NCBI GenBank assembly: GCA_044892525.1
Contig: CM097887.1
Coordinates: forward strand, 1,302,001 to 1,366,000
DNA length: 64,000 bases
Reading direction: 5' to 3'
Source of the DNA: Schmidtea polychroa
Taxonomy: Eukaryota
Of this stretch, positions 12,622 to 26,222 are shown in pieces; position 1 is the stretch's first letter; each line of letters opens with the position of its first letter. A program made the translations under genes and the position numbers. The notes below the pieces were generated by a model. The model did not search any database. It was not told the DNA's origin and saw nothing but the letters and a program-made list of their open reading frames with translations.

Positions 12622-12894
12622 NNNNNNNNNNNNNNNNNNNNNNNNNNNNNNNNNNNNNNNNNNNNNNNNNNNNNNNNNNNNNNNNNNNNNNNNNNNNNNN
12701 NNNNNNNNNNNNNNNNNNNNNNNNNNNNNNNNNNNNNNNNNNNNNNNNNNNNNNNNNNNNNNNNNNNNNNNNNNNNNNNNNNNNNNNNNNNNNNNNNNNN
12801 NNNNNNNNNNNNNNNNNNNNNNNNNNNNNNNNNNNNNNNNNNNNNNNNNNNNNNNNNNNNNNNNNNNNNNNNNNNNNNNNNNNNNNNNNNNNNN
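12622..12894. other. Assembly gap (N run)
   Basis: Run of N. Confidence 1.
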
Positions 12895-13286
12895 AATATG
12901 GCAAATTGCTTACATCGGTGTTGGGACGGGCCCAGGATGAACGTTATGACTATCAAAATTTTCACCGAAAAAGAATTCATCATTTGAAAAAATGATCTAG
13001 ATTCACCCGGGGCCAGAAGATATAAAATGTGGAATGAAGGAAAATTGACATCAAGAGAATCTGATAGGATCATCGCAGGCCACTCAGCAATTCTCACACG
13101 GCAAAACGCGTATAATTAAATTACCGTTCTCCCGTTTCCAGCGTCGGCTATCCCGAGTCCACATGGGCCCTCAATCGCATTGCCGAACATCGGGTTAATT
13201 AAATGGTTTTAATAAATCTGCAACGACTTCCATACAATTAGAGCTTTGAATGGGGTGTTTGCTTTCCATTTATTATAATAATAATA

Positions 13287-13288
<2 letters not shown>

Positions 13289-13349
<61 letters not shown>
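13289..13349. repeat. (ATT)n microsatellite
   Basis: Directly visible. Confidence 0.95.
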
Positions 13350-16300
13350 GGGCTACCCGGTGCTTCAGAATTTTTAATTTTTTTTATGTCGTCATACGCC
13401 ATCGACTATCCGTAATGTCACGATGACTGCTACTGCTATTTACAATATCTTTTATGGATAATAGCCTCCCGTTACTAACCTTACCATCTAAAAGATTTTC
13501 ATATAGAAAACGGACAAAACTTATACTAACTTGCAGGTCATTTTACTTATTCAAAACGCAAAATAATGGACAAAAGTAAGAAAAGCTGTAAAATTAGATA
13601 CACAAGATTCCTAGCTGGGCCTACTAAGCAATTAAAAAAAGTAAACTGATTATACAGTAAAGCACATGTTACAAAATCACAATTTCAGATCCCGATGTCA
13701 AAATATAGAAATGTCCAACTCCACATCCTCTCTGGCACTGACATAGGATCACCTCGGTTCATATCAGCAGAAATTGGGTTAAGGAGTAATGCTGCTAAGC
13801 ATTTGCCAGCCACTGTATTACATACACGATATTACAGCATAGCCTTTATCAAGTGTGTATCAAAGGTGAAATCAAAAGATAATTATGATTGCTAAGTATA
13901 TATTTAATTGTAAGTATAAAGTGATGATTGATTAATTAAATATTAACCAATTAAATGATAATTTAAGCCTTTTGCTGCAAATCATATATTTAATACAAAT
14001 GAAAAATATTTTCGACTATAATATTCGACTATATTACAAATATATTTTATTTTCTTTTTTGTCAGTAAAAATATTTTTATTTTCAATTGAGATCTTTGTA
14101 CATAATTGCAATAGGGAAACATTCTGCAATCAATAGAGATAATGATATTCATTGTCATAGATGAGGATGGGGGCACTCAGGCAAATTATAGCTTATGGAC
14201 TATTCGATGCAGATATATTATCTATGATTGCTGTCATTTCATTTATTATTCTTGGTAAGTGTTCATCAGTCCTATAGGGTCAATCTTCACTACATCTCCT
14301 TTCATATCCCATTTTGGTGTACTTTTACTTTCCCTTCCTTATATCTTCTTAGAATGCAAATATATCCCATATACAACATTTTGTTGATAAATGGCGCCGT
14401 AGCCATTTCTGTCACAAATATTTATTTACAACTATTAACAAAAATAAACAAAACTGAAAAATAATATTAGAAAGAAAAATTTCCATTTTGTCTGAGAGGA
14501 TTCCTAAATTTACATTTGCTAGCGATTTCATTAGGTATAATCGTCTAAATTTATGCGGTTGACGGGTGCGAATGTCGCCTTCAATCTCTCTAATGGGGCT
14601 CTGCGATGTATATAAATTAGTTTATACATATACATATTTATATCTTAGATTGGAACAATGGTGAGACTTTATGATTTGATTTCTTCATGGATTCCTTTGG
14701 AAGAATCATTTGATTACTTATTATATTAGAATCGTCAATTCTTTCTGATGCTGATCGCCTCGCATTTCTTCATATGCAAGGGCTCCCAAAATGACGCTCC
14801 AAGTATATACACCAAATGTAAGTCGTTACTGAACGGCGTTAAATTAATCATATCTAGGTTACGGATGGTCCTACGAGATATGCATGAAATGTTGTAACAC
14901 AAACCTCTGCAAGGACACATTGAGTGCGCGAGATAATAAAAATAACTATCTGACATTGTTTCAATGCGAATCTTGAATTGAATATTTGCATTTGTTAATG
15001 ATGGAGAGGAGAATCTTGTTTTTCAAATTATGATAAAAATGGAGGCTATTTAGATTGTTCAAAATGAGTTTTGAAAGTTTTGAAAAGGATTCAAGGGGTT
15101 CCAATTATCATTTTCTATACAACGCTAAATTTTAATCAAATTTAAAAACCAAATAAAAGTAAAAGATAATCCAATTGCCGCAGCTTATAAATCAGTAATT
15201 TTTATTATGAAAACACCGACTTGGTTGTGTGTTGAAAATCTTGTTACGCTCGATAACACCATTATTATAGAATTCTAACTTGGTCAAAGAAATAAATTTT
15301 CTCTCGCCACAAAATCCCTACAATAAAAATTATTGCATTCAATAGCGCCCGAATAAGTTTTTTTAAAAATTAAATTTTAAAGTTATTATTCTGTAATTAT
15401 AAAAAGTTGTTTTTTAATTTTATTATTTACTAATAACAGCTGACATAGTTTATTCATAAATAATTTGAAAATTTGGCTATTATGTACAATATTATCCCCA
15501 ATTTTAATTGTGTTTAAATCAATTAGATATAATAATTATTATAATAATTTTAACAATTTCACATGGCCATGAATTTATTAGACTTGTTTAGCATTGTAAC
15601 GATTCCGAATATTTAATTATTGGTGTATTGAAAAAGGAATTTTACACAAAATACCGCTTTGTTCAGTTTGTCACAATCTTATGAAATTATCCAAACTAAA
15701 AAAGACAACCGATCGATATTTTTTTGGAAATGTAGATCTAGACCTTCTGGAAATATACATGATGGAATAAGAGGATTTTTTTGCAAACTCAAAGCTCTCA
15801 TTTAAGCGTTTAATAAAACCCCAGTAGATCGTGCCTCAAAGAAATGTGGAATTGGCCTAAAATGGCAATATATTGGTATAAAAAGCTTAGGAGTTTAAGT
15901 TCGTTGAAAATTAATCCAAACATGTTACAATATGGCGGTGAAAATTGTACAAATATTATTTTACAAAAAGTGGGGATACTATTGTACATAATAGCTGAAC
16001 ATTTTTGTTCAGAATAAATATTAAATTGCATTTAAAAAACTTATTTATAAATAAAAATATGAAGGTCAAAGGAGGAAATAACAAATAAATGCTATTGGCT
16101 TGCAACGTGTGACAATTCAACGAACACTACAAAAATGCAAGAGAACCAACCGGATGAATTGACCAAATAGAACAAAAATACATTTTGAGAATAATTGGCA
16201 ATTCGTGTTACGATTGAATGACATGATGTCATAGAGGTAATCGGTGGGATCAGATGGGGAATTATAGGAAATAACTTATCATAATCTGATATATATGGAT

Positions 16301-17819
16301 CATATAGGCATTTTGATCATGTGGCAACTAATATCCACAAACATTCTGAGTTAAAGATAAACAATAAATGTTCATTTGCTCTTTCTTTACCGAAAAATTC
16401 AATTATCCCTTTCCCGTTTCAGTTAGACATCGTATAAAAGGTTAACAGAAAGGTTAAATATTTTCACAACCATTCACACGTACCGCAGCCTTCCCCAGAA
16501 ATGAATCCTTAGTCACTCAAAACTTCCATATAAACAACTTATCAGTCCTTACAACTAATATCTCAGTCTTGACCTAAATGCTTGATTCGCGGCATTCTAG
16601 ACACCTCTCTTCAATTAAATCGGAACCTGGGAAGGATACAATTAGTGCTTTCGAATTATAACTTACATGTCTTACTAAGAACACTTTTGTATTCCAATGG
16701 TTCTAGAACAACTTCCAAAATCCAAGTAGTGCGTATAATAGGAATCCTAGGGCCCCCACCCCCAATTCGCTCATAAAAAACAAGTTTGGGGAGTGCTATT
16801 ACCACTAAGCTATCTTTTTAAATTTTATTTTTATAAATTCTAAAAATTAGAGGGTCACATTATGAATAGTAACTTTTATTGATAAAACTTGTTTTATCAA
16901 TAAAAGAAAAATATAAAAATTGAAAAATATAAAAATATAAAAACATAAAAATTGAAATTTCTATTATAAAAATGAACAATATAAATCTCGAGATTTCAGA
17001 AAAAAAATAAATTAAATCTTGATTATGATAAACAGTTTATTCATAAAATCAAGAAAAATGATGTACTTAAAATTTGCTAAAAAATTTTAATGAAATAATT
17101 TCAATATTTCATTACATGTAAATTGATAGACGAAATCAGTACCAATCCAACTAAAGTTTAAGACTTATTATAAGCATATTGCGTACTTTACATGAATTAG
17201 TGACGATTTTATAATTTAAATTCCCGAACTTGCTTATATTTCTCTTATAAACTGTAAAGTCTTTTGAGTAGGGCAAAACCAACACAAATTTAGGCTCATC
17301 ATTCTTATATTCACTCTAAAAGTTATTTACCTCACCATCCAAATCACCCACATCAGTCAAATTAAGCCTAGACATTCTCAAACATGAATCCTTATGATTT
17401 TCCATAAATTTATCAACAGTCTCTTATATCTGCATTAATCACAAAGATTTTGAATAACTGTTAAATAATAAAAAGTCTGGTTTATTCTAAATTCTATTTT
17501 ATGACATAATAGTTCAAGTATTTATCTCTTTAGGATTGAAAACTATTATGTAATAATGAACATAAAATACGAGACATGTTTCAGACATACAATAACATAC
17601 ACACACGCATCAAGCCATTCACGATAACTATTAATGAGGTAATTTAATTATTAGATTACTTGTAATACCTATTCATCAACAATCCAATCAATTTATCAAC
17701 AATTTTTATTGAATTTTTAAAAATCAAAGATAAAGACCATGAATGATAAATCAATCTTTTTATCGTATTTCTCTTATACTTATTCACAAAAGCTTTCAGA
17801 AAAAGTATGTATACCAATA

Positions 17820-18363
17820 TCAGTTTTTATAAATCTTTGTCTTGTGGTGTTTCTCTTTGCGTTGTATTAACAAATCCATGAAAGCAAGTGATGATTTCCA
17901 CTCCATTTTGAATGTGAATACAATGTTTTTATGTAGACAGTGCAACACTGGTTTAAAATAGTTCTGATTTTCAAATATAAGAAAAATATCATCCACATAG
18001 CGTTTATAAACTGTGGGTTTCATACATTGGAAAGATGCAATTTTCTTTTCTAAGCTTGCTAAAAAATTGAAGCCATCGTTGATGCTAGAAAAGAACTCGT
18101 AGCAACTCCATCTATTTGTTGATACCATTCGTTGTAGAAAAGAAAATTGACTTTTGAAATAACAAATTCAAGAAGTTCACAAAATGCCCTTCCATCCAAA
18201 ATATGATGTTCAGAAATGTTTTCATTCCATAACTAGCAACATAAATCAATTGTGTCAACCAATGGTACATTAGCAAACAGACTACAAACATCAAACGAAA
18301 CCATAATTTCATCCACACTTTGTCTATCATATTGTGCAATGCAGGAAACAATATCAAATCCAT
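17820..18363 (-). pseudogene. Penelope-like retroelement reverse transcriptase remnant
   Basis: YKRYVDDIFLIF (YVDD catalytic motif) followed by FTFKMEWKSSLAFMDLLI (cf. FT.E.E....LPFLDVLI of PLE RTs); frameshifted upstream part. Confidence 0.75.
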
Positions 18364-19315
18364 CCAAAAATTTGGCTATTTTATACTGATCAGTGCCAAC
18401 CATTCATTATAACTGCCTATGACATATCCCTTTATCCCGTTTATCATCGTAATCCCAACCAATGGGAAATGAGAAATATTCTTCATTTGGACATTACAAT
18501 TGGGAATTTCGTGAATAATTTGGATTAGGAAAACTTTCTATGAATTCTGTCTTGCGGTTGCTATGTATTCCATATATGGTAATGAGCAATAATTTCCCCA
18601 TAATTTATACCGTTATTTCCCTTCGTTACCTGAGCACAATAAATTGCAATAAAAGGCAAACATTTACAGAAATCCACAAAATAAAATCGTAATCATTATG
18701 GTGATGTTTTTTGCAATGATTAAAACAAAACTTATAATTTTTATTTCAGAATAGAATGTACTTGATAATTTTTGTGGCTCTGGGCCTTCTCATTTTTCAT
18801 GTCTGTGACATACAAGCTATTATTTACAGTGATACATGTAAGTCATAGGTAGAGGTGGTTAAATTATTCCTATATAGGTTTTGGATTCTCCTTTGTTCAA
18901 TGCATGGGGTGCTGCGTTTCTGAGGACTGCTACAAAACCCTGACGCTCGTACGTGAGGACAAATCAGAGTTGAGCTTCTTTCAGTGTAGAGTTGGATAGA
19001 CTATTTGAATCTGTTGACCTCATCCTGTTGTAAATAGTGACCTCTCCATGAGAGACGGGCATTATATTCGAATAAAACAAATGAGAGAAAATGAGAGTAG
19101 TAAAAATTATTGACAAAATGAATAATAAAATTAATTTGAAATTATGTTTATGAAAATATAAATTAAAACAAATCACATTTCAAAAATCTCGCCAGAACTC
19201 GCCTGCGCGATAACAAACAACGCAAATTCAATAGTTTCTTAGTAACTCTTCATATATCCATCTTGGTAACGGACTATTTCAGATATTGAAGGTGGCACAC
19301 CAAGATAATAAATCC

Positions 19316-19449
19316 GAGGTTGAATACGCATGAGAGATTGAATACGCAGGAGCAGATTGAATACGCAGGAGAGATTGAATACGCAGGAGAGATTGAATAC
19401 GCAGGAGAGATTGAATACGCAGGAGAGATTGAATACGCAGGAGCAGATT
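19316..19449. repeat. 18-bp minisatellite (GAGATTGAATACGCAGGA) x ~7
   Basis: Directly visible. Confidence 0.95.
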
Positions 19450-19649
19450 GGCTACCACCTCCTTGCTCAACTTTCAGCAAAGGCCAGTAAAGACAATTTG
19501 GAAATGGATAGTATTATTACTGTTTGAGTGTTGTCTATCGGTGGAAGGGCTGCAGAACTGACAATACACCAAGCACATGTTTACCTTATTAGAAATCATA
19601 AAGGATAAATGTACCTTCCAATACTCGTGGCGGGCTTGGTGTCCAATTG

Positions 19650-20100
19650 CATCTAATATTGAAACATTTGCCTTATTTTCAATATTTGGAGTGATAGAAG
19701 CAGATGTTTAGAAAGCCTTTGCTTGGATCGTCTGTGATATGAAGGGGTATTTGGGTTGCTATTTCTGTCAGAGGCAGTGTTGATCTATTTGAGAGATTTG
19801 ATATGTTCTTTTGCTTATGCTGTTTAGTAATGTACTTTCTATGGTCATCTGTTTCGGTTGTTGGACAGTCAGAAAACATTTTATTTGTAGGTTATTATCT
19901 TTGAGTAGCGGAATGATTTCGTGGATCTTCTTCGCCATTTTCGACAGAATATCTTCTAGAGATAAATTGGGAATTTGTTAATTTATGGTTGGTAGTGAGC
20001 TTATAAAGGATTATCTTAATGCCTGCTTAGACCTGTCCAATATATATATTTGTGTTTCGGAACCATTTATAAAGGGCATCGGCCATAAAACTTGGGAATG
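19650..20100 (-). pseudogene. Probable Gypsy gag remnant
   Basis: Fragments LSLEDILSKMAKKIHEII and ICFYHSKY (cf. the C.YH.KFG..A.KC gag knuckle of some Gypsy clades), broken by stops. Confidence 0.4.
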
Positions 20101-20336
20101 GTGGTTAATTCTTAGTAATTTTTTATAATTGCCTTGTTGTTATTGACGGCATTGGTGGTGATTTGAGTGATATTAGTTCTCTTTCTGCAAGGGTTTCCCT
20201 TTCTAGTATCACAATGCCTGTCATTGCTGTCTGCGGGTTGGGGAGTGTGGGCACTGTAAATGGGTATAATAATAATTAAAGAAATCTTGGAAATAATTTC
20301 AATTTGAAGAGTAGTAATACAAAATTAATTTGCCCA

Positions 20337-23124
20337 CAGGGCCGGTGCTAGACTTTTTGCTGCCCTACGGCCTAGTGAAAAAAGTAAAAAACAGTTTTCT
20401 TATGAACTATAAAACATAAATACTACGAGTAGAAGAATTAAGTACAATAATAAAAACACAGATTTAATTGTTAATTATTCATTTGCAAATGCACAACAAA
20501 AAATCAAATTTATAATAAATAAAATTACCTTGAACTATAATAATAATTAAATATAAAAATAAATCAGGAATAATTACAGTAACAACAACTTTAAATTTTG
20601 TGGTTTTGTTTCAAATCGATGACCATTAAACAAAGAAGAAAAACTTTTACTTTCTTTAGCCACTATTCACTAACTTATACAAAATAAATACAGTGGAATT
20701 ACATATAGAAAAAATTGGACACCTTAATCTAGTAGTCGTATAATAAAGTTTAAAATTTTCTTCTTGCTTTTATATTTGCAAAATCTCGTAGTATATCTTC
20801 TTTATCTATTGCTCTCGAAATATCATTTTCAATGGACAAAATAGATAGCCCAGAGAGTCGGTTTTGTGACATGCATGACCTCACGTAGTTTTTTATTAAT
20901 TTTAGACGAGAAAAACTCCTTTCTCCGCTAGCAACACTAACTGGCATTGTTAATAATATTTTTAGTGCAATATAAAAATTTGGATAGATTGGTAGCAGCT
21001 CATTCTGTAAAATATATTTCAAAACATCGTTTGGATCATCTGATGGTTTCAGCAAACTTGTAATAAATATTAGTTCTTCCGTTGCATATCGTCAATGTCT
21101 TTTTTATTACAATCGCTCAGTATAATTTCTAAATCCTTACAATACTTTAAAATATCTTCTTTCCTCCATGTAGTTAATTTTGAAATGGAATGTAAGAATC
21201 CAAATGTATTTTTATAATATGACAGCTGTTGGAAACGTTCCTCTATTGAGTTGATAGCAACGTCTAACAAATTAAAATAAACAAGTAAATATTTTTGTGT
21301 TGAATCTTCCATTGGTTCGTCAGTGGCTTCGTATTCAAAATTCCGTTTACATTTTTTAATTCGAATTTCCTCAAATTTGGGTTCCAAATCAATCATTTCA
21401 GCTAATTCACGAGCAGTTATAAAAAGGTTTTGAAACTCGTCATCGGTTCTAAACTTTTTCAAATTATTGAAAACGGACTCAATTGTTTCTACTGCGGCAC
21501 AAATAAAAAATGTTGGATTCTGCATTAGAAGATTCACTCTATTAACTTCTAATAACACATTGTACCAAAGCATTGCAGTACAAATAAATTGATAATTTTT
21601 CAATTTTTGTGCCAAATTTTTTGCATCCATTTTCGTTTTGTTTCCATGAGAACCCATTAACGATGGATATTCCATGATATCAATTAGTGCGTCATAAATT
21701 TCTCAAATTTGGTAACAAATTGGTCTTATGGCACTGATTCTGCTTTCCCATCTTGTTGAACACACAGGCTTTAAAGTCAAACTAGATATATGTTTCAATA
21801 ATTCAGACCATCTGTGTGTTGATGGAGAGAAAAAATTATATATAGTTTGTACCGTTCCAAAAAAATTCACCATTTCAATATTCACTTTAAGTGACAGAAA
21901 AATAATTTTACATACAAGCACATCACACATAATATAAAATACACGCCAAATTAATTTAGCTTTTCTTATTCCGAAAGTGAAAAGTAGTTAACTTATTGTT
22001 AACATATCATTATTTTTAATATATTAAAACTCATGGCGGAAAAAATTTTGGATTTTCAATCGGACAACTCTGCTTTGAACTTTCGATAAAAGGACAACAA
22101 AACATCGTAAAATCTATTTAAAAAATATTTTTGAAGTTATTATTTCTTTAGATTTTTAGATATTTCTCTGGAAACGCTAGCTTTTTGCGAAGGTGAAGAA
22201 TTGACAATGTAAGAATTTTTTCATTTAATTACAAATAATTAAAATATTTTAAAGTATATCAGATATTTCTTGTCAAACGACTTTGGGTGAAGATAGCATT
22301 TCTAATATTCAACAAGGTCAATCAACATTTTCAGAAAAAAATTCGAAAATCGTAAATTTTAATAACTTGTATAAAAAAATAATAATTTCATAGAATTACA
22401 TAAAATGATAAAATTCGCCATATCAATGAGCTGGAGAAAGAAGATTACAAAAACTTAAAAAACTACCCCGCTTCTTTCTTAAATGTCTTATAAAAATAAA
22501 TGTGTTTGGTGATTTCTTTATTTATTTATAGTTAAAAATATTAATCTAACTTACATTTTATCGAAATAATTCCAAATAAATTCAAAGTCATAAAAATCCT
22601 AAAAAACCTGAAAATTAATTAAAAATAATTTATAATCAAAATATTGACTACGAGTAACATTTACGAGCTTGAATAGTGATCTCATAATTTTATAAAATCA
22701 AAATTCAAACCTAAAAAGTTACTTAAATTAAAAAAACTTACTTGTAAAATTGAATAAATGAAATGAAGTAAATAACTTCACATTGTCATAAATTGTGAGT
22801 CATCCACCGATGAACACACCAACATGTATTATAGAGACTTTTAACTTGTGGAATTAGGTGTAATAGCTCGCAAAATCAAAATCTACAAAGTTTTGTCTCT
22901 CATACATTAAAGTATATGTTGCAATGGCTTGTAGCCTATACAAGGTCTGGGAAATAGCTATAATGTTATTTATTGCATGGAAATCGCTTTATTGATTTTT
23001 CCGAGATTATTCTTTGTACACTTATTTTTTGTTTTTTAAATTTAAATTTTGTTTTTCGATTTTTGCAATTAAGTATTAAAAAGGTGAGGGCCGCCTGCTC
23101 TGCCTGTGCGTAACGCCGGGCCTG
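20337..23124 (-). mobile_element. Decayed hAT transposon (ZMYM1-like transposase, C-terminal part only)
   Basis: Broken ORFs 21930-21703, 21675-21070 and 21055-20750 give HRW..KPVCSTRWESR and the hATC dimerisation motif ASGERSFSRLKLIKNYVRSCMSQNRL. Termini CAGGGCCGG (20337) and CCGGGCCTG (23124) are hAT-like; no TSD seen. Confidence 0.75.
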
Positions 23125-24807
23125 GTTTTTACGTGTTTTTATTTTGACTTGACTTTATGTTGTGTATGCGTGCAACATAACACTAAAAGATAGATACATA
23201 TATCAACCCATTAAGCTCAATTATGATAACACTGTACCCAGTGGCGTAACTAAAGAAAATAGCGTCTAAAGCAAGAAGTGATATTGTACCCGCCCCCAGA
23301 GAAACCAATCGAGGAAATTTATAAAAATGGCATACGTTATTTTCAGCTTAACTAGCAGTTGGTTCCTCCAAAAAAACAAAAAATATATATGTGAATCACC
23401 TATGTGCTTTTATTGGCTACTTCGAAATTTTCTGAGAAGATCCAGAGACCCTTAAACGGTGGCTCCCTCTCTCAGAGAAGGTGGGTAGATTTGTCTATAC
23501 CATGATATCAGCTGAAAAGTATAAGTCAAGTTCATTATATATAAATAATAGATAAAATATTTGTGCGCGATAAGACGCATGAATATACATTGACACCAGC
23601 TACTCCAATCCAATCATCAATCATTTATATTTACATGTGTGTTGCAAATTCATTAGCAGTTAATTATACGAATTTATAATTGGTTTCAAAATATTATAAA
23701 AAAACGAAGAAACACACAAAAACACCACTAGCAATTTCTATAATAAAACACTCACAGCAAATTAATTTTAATAAATTCTAAAATTTTAATGTGAATTATT
23801 TGATTGTGTAATAATTAAAAAATCACTTATGTAATATTTTTCAATGATTTTCCCATTAAAAATCCAAGAGAGTTTAAAATGAAATTTCCTGAGAGGAATC
23901 ATAAACCGATTGATTGCATGCTGGCACAATTTCAGTTGCAGAAATTTGTAGAGATTTTCAAATGATCTCGAAAATTCGGAGGACAAGAAAAATTTTTAAC
24001 GCAGCTCATCAACCTAACGGCCGATTCACTTTAAAATTTCAAAAATTAATCTGACCTGTTACTATATTTACTATAGCTATCTTACTTATTATAATGCCTA
24101 TGCTTATTGCTAACTGTCGATTGGGTCAATGTAAGAGTTCTTGTAAAGATTCTGCCCATTGATAGTAAATGACTGCTTAAATGCAGTACTTTGACTTCTA
24201 TTCACACTGTCACTGCTAATGTTTAATTCCAGACACTTGTTGCCTATGGATGTCCTAAACCTGATTGATGAAAGCACCAAAGTTTTAAAGCCTTAAACCT
24301 AACCAATATCTCAAAAGCCTTTCATTTACCTCTGCTAATGTCAGTTACATACACTGTTACCAGATTGATGAAATCTCACTAACCAGCTTATCCGAACACC
24401 AAAGTCCTAAAGCAAACCTAACCAATGTCCTGAAAAGCCTACATGAATCCCCGGTCATGGTTTTCCATTTTATTCGCTAACTGCTTAAAGGATTCCAATA
24501 CGAAGATAGACCCACGGTCTAACGATTGAGCTTCGGCTTATTGTTCATAGATTAAAGAAATAAAAGTTTTAGAATTTTAAGGGTGAGAATTTCTCCCCTT
24601 CAGCCTTAACCGGCACAAATGTTTATTAGAATAAAATTTGATTTTTTTTTAATTTGACAATCATGCAAACATTCTCAGAATTTGTTTGTAACCAATCAAT
24701 AATTCATTACTCTTTTATAGTTGTCGGTATCTGACCCTGAAGCTTCAAACAATCAACACATCGATACTTGATATGGATAAGAATAAATATTAACTAATAT
24801 AAACAGT

Positions 24808-25530
24808 ACAAGCTTTGTGATACCCAGTGCAAATCCCAATAGTAGACTAGTTTCGAGCTTTTGGCTCTCATCAGTACTTTGCAGGAGACGCGCAGATTTC
24901 TCTTCTCGCCAGGTAAGTATACAATATTGCTGATTCAACTCTATTGCATACTTTCCCTGTTACACTGGAATCACATCACTTGCAAATTAGCTAAATCACA
25001 GAAAAAATATATGCAGGGAAAAGTGTGCAATAGAGTTGAATCAGCAATATCTTCGCGTCTCCTGCATAGTACCATGGGCGTCCGCAGGAATTTTTCCAAA
25101 GGGTGCAAAAATATATTTTTTACCAAGTAGACAATTTTTCTATGGGGGAAGAGAGTTGAAAAAAATACAAGTGTATAATAAATATTTGGGGAATGATACA
25201 AAATAGGACTTTTTTTTCGTTTATTTACAAAATAGAACACTTTTTTTTAAAACCGAATGTCTGTTAATATTGAAAGTTTTTATACAAATAAGATGATTTG
25301 AAATCATTGATTTCCAGATATAATTAATAACATTAAAAAAACAGGAAGCCTCTTTACATTAAATTTTTTTATTAATTTTTTTATCTTGGGTTTTTCCAAC
25401 ATTGTTTGAGTTCATCTATTAAAACTTGCCGCCCTCCTTGCGGACGCCCATGCATAGTACTGATGAGAACCAAAAGCTCGAAACTAGTCTACTATTGAGA
25501 TTTGCACTGGGAATAACAAGGCTTGTAATG
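24808..25530. mobile_element. Foldback element (outer) interrupted by a nested MITE
   Basis: 24808-24960 is the reverse complement of 25013-25072 joined to 25461-25530 once the inner insertion and one TSD copy are removed. Confidence 0.8.
25073..25452. mobile_element. 380-bp hAT MITE with perfect 8-bp TSD
   Basis: TIRs CATGGGCGTCCGCAGG / CTTGCGGACGCCCATG; TSD CATAGTAC at 25065-25072 and 25453-25460. Confidence 0.9.
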
Positions 25531-25712
25531 TTAATATTATTTTAATGTTAGACATCCGTAAAAAAAATATTTTACACCATTATAAATATTAACTATTATT
25601 TAAATTATTTATTTGGATATCTTCTGACTTGAAGAATTTTGGCTAAAATAATTATTGTAAGAACTTTTTTTTCCAATTTCACCACTGATTTTATTTTCCA
25701 TTGTGCTTAATA

Positions 25713-25889
25713 AAAAGAGCTTGAAGAGTTATGGACTATAAATCAGTAAATATATCGATGTTTTTGATACACATGAATTTTCGGCAATACCTTTTTCAAG
25801 TGAATTTCAAGTGAAAAAGGCGGTGCTGAAAATTCGTGAATATCAAAAACATCGATATATTTAATGATTTATAGTCTTCAAGCTCTTTT
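25713..25889. repeat. ~175-bp imperfect palindrome (small foldback/MITE)
   Basis: AAAAGAGCTTGAAG..GACTATAAATCA.TAAATATATCGATGTTTTTGATA mirrored at the right end; loop of about 15 nt. Confidence 0.75.
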
Positions 25890-26222
25890 AAATATAAAAT
25901 AATTATATAAATAATTAAATTAACAGTTTTGGGAAAAGAAACAGAAACTGAAAACGAGAATTATAAAAGGACCTGAAGGGTTAGAACGAAAGAGAGTATC
26001 AAAGGAATTCGGATCCATGAGCGGACAAAAGAATCACCAAGTGAAACTTAGTTTAAATCGCACAAGGTTGAGACATTCCAGAGCGAGGCTCGATCTGGTA
26101 GTGTAATGATTGTTCCTGATTGAAAATTGTTATTTATCACCGAGAGTTGTAAAGTTGTGATAAACAAATATACGTTGGGAATTTGCGTTTATAAATTTTG
26201 GAACACATGAGGTCAGAGTTAC

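Noticed and set aside
12315-13097. ORFs spanning N runs (also 2513-2822)
   Set aside because: Their length is an artefact of the gaps, and the flanking peptides are not recognisable.
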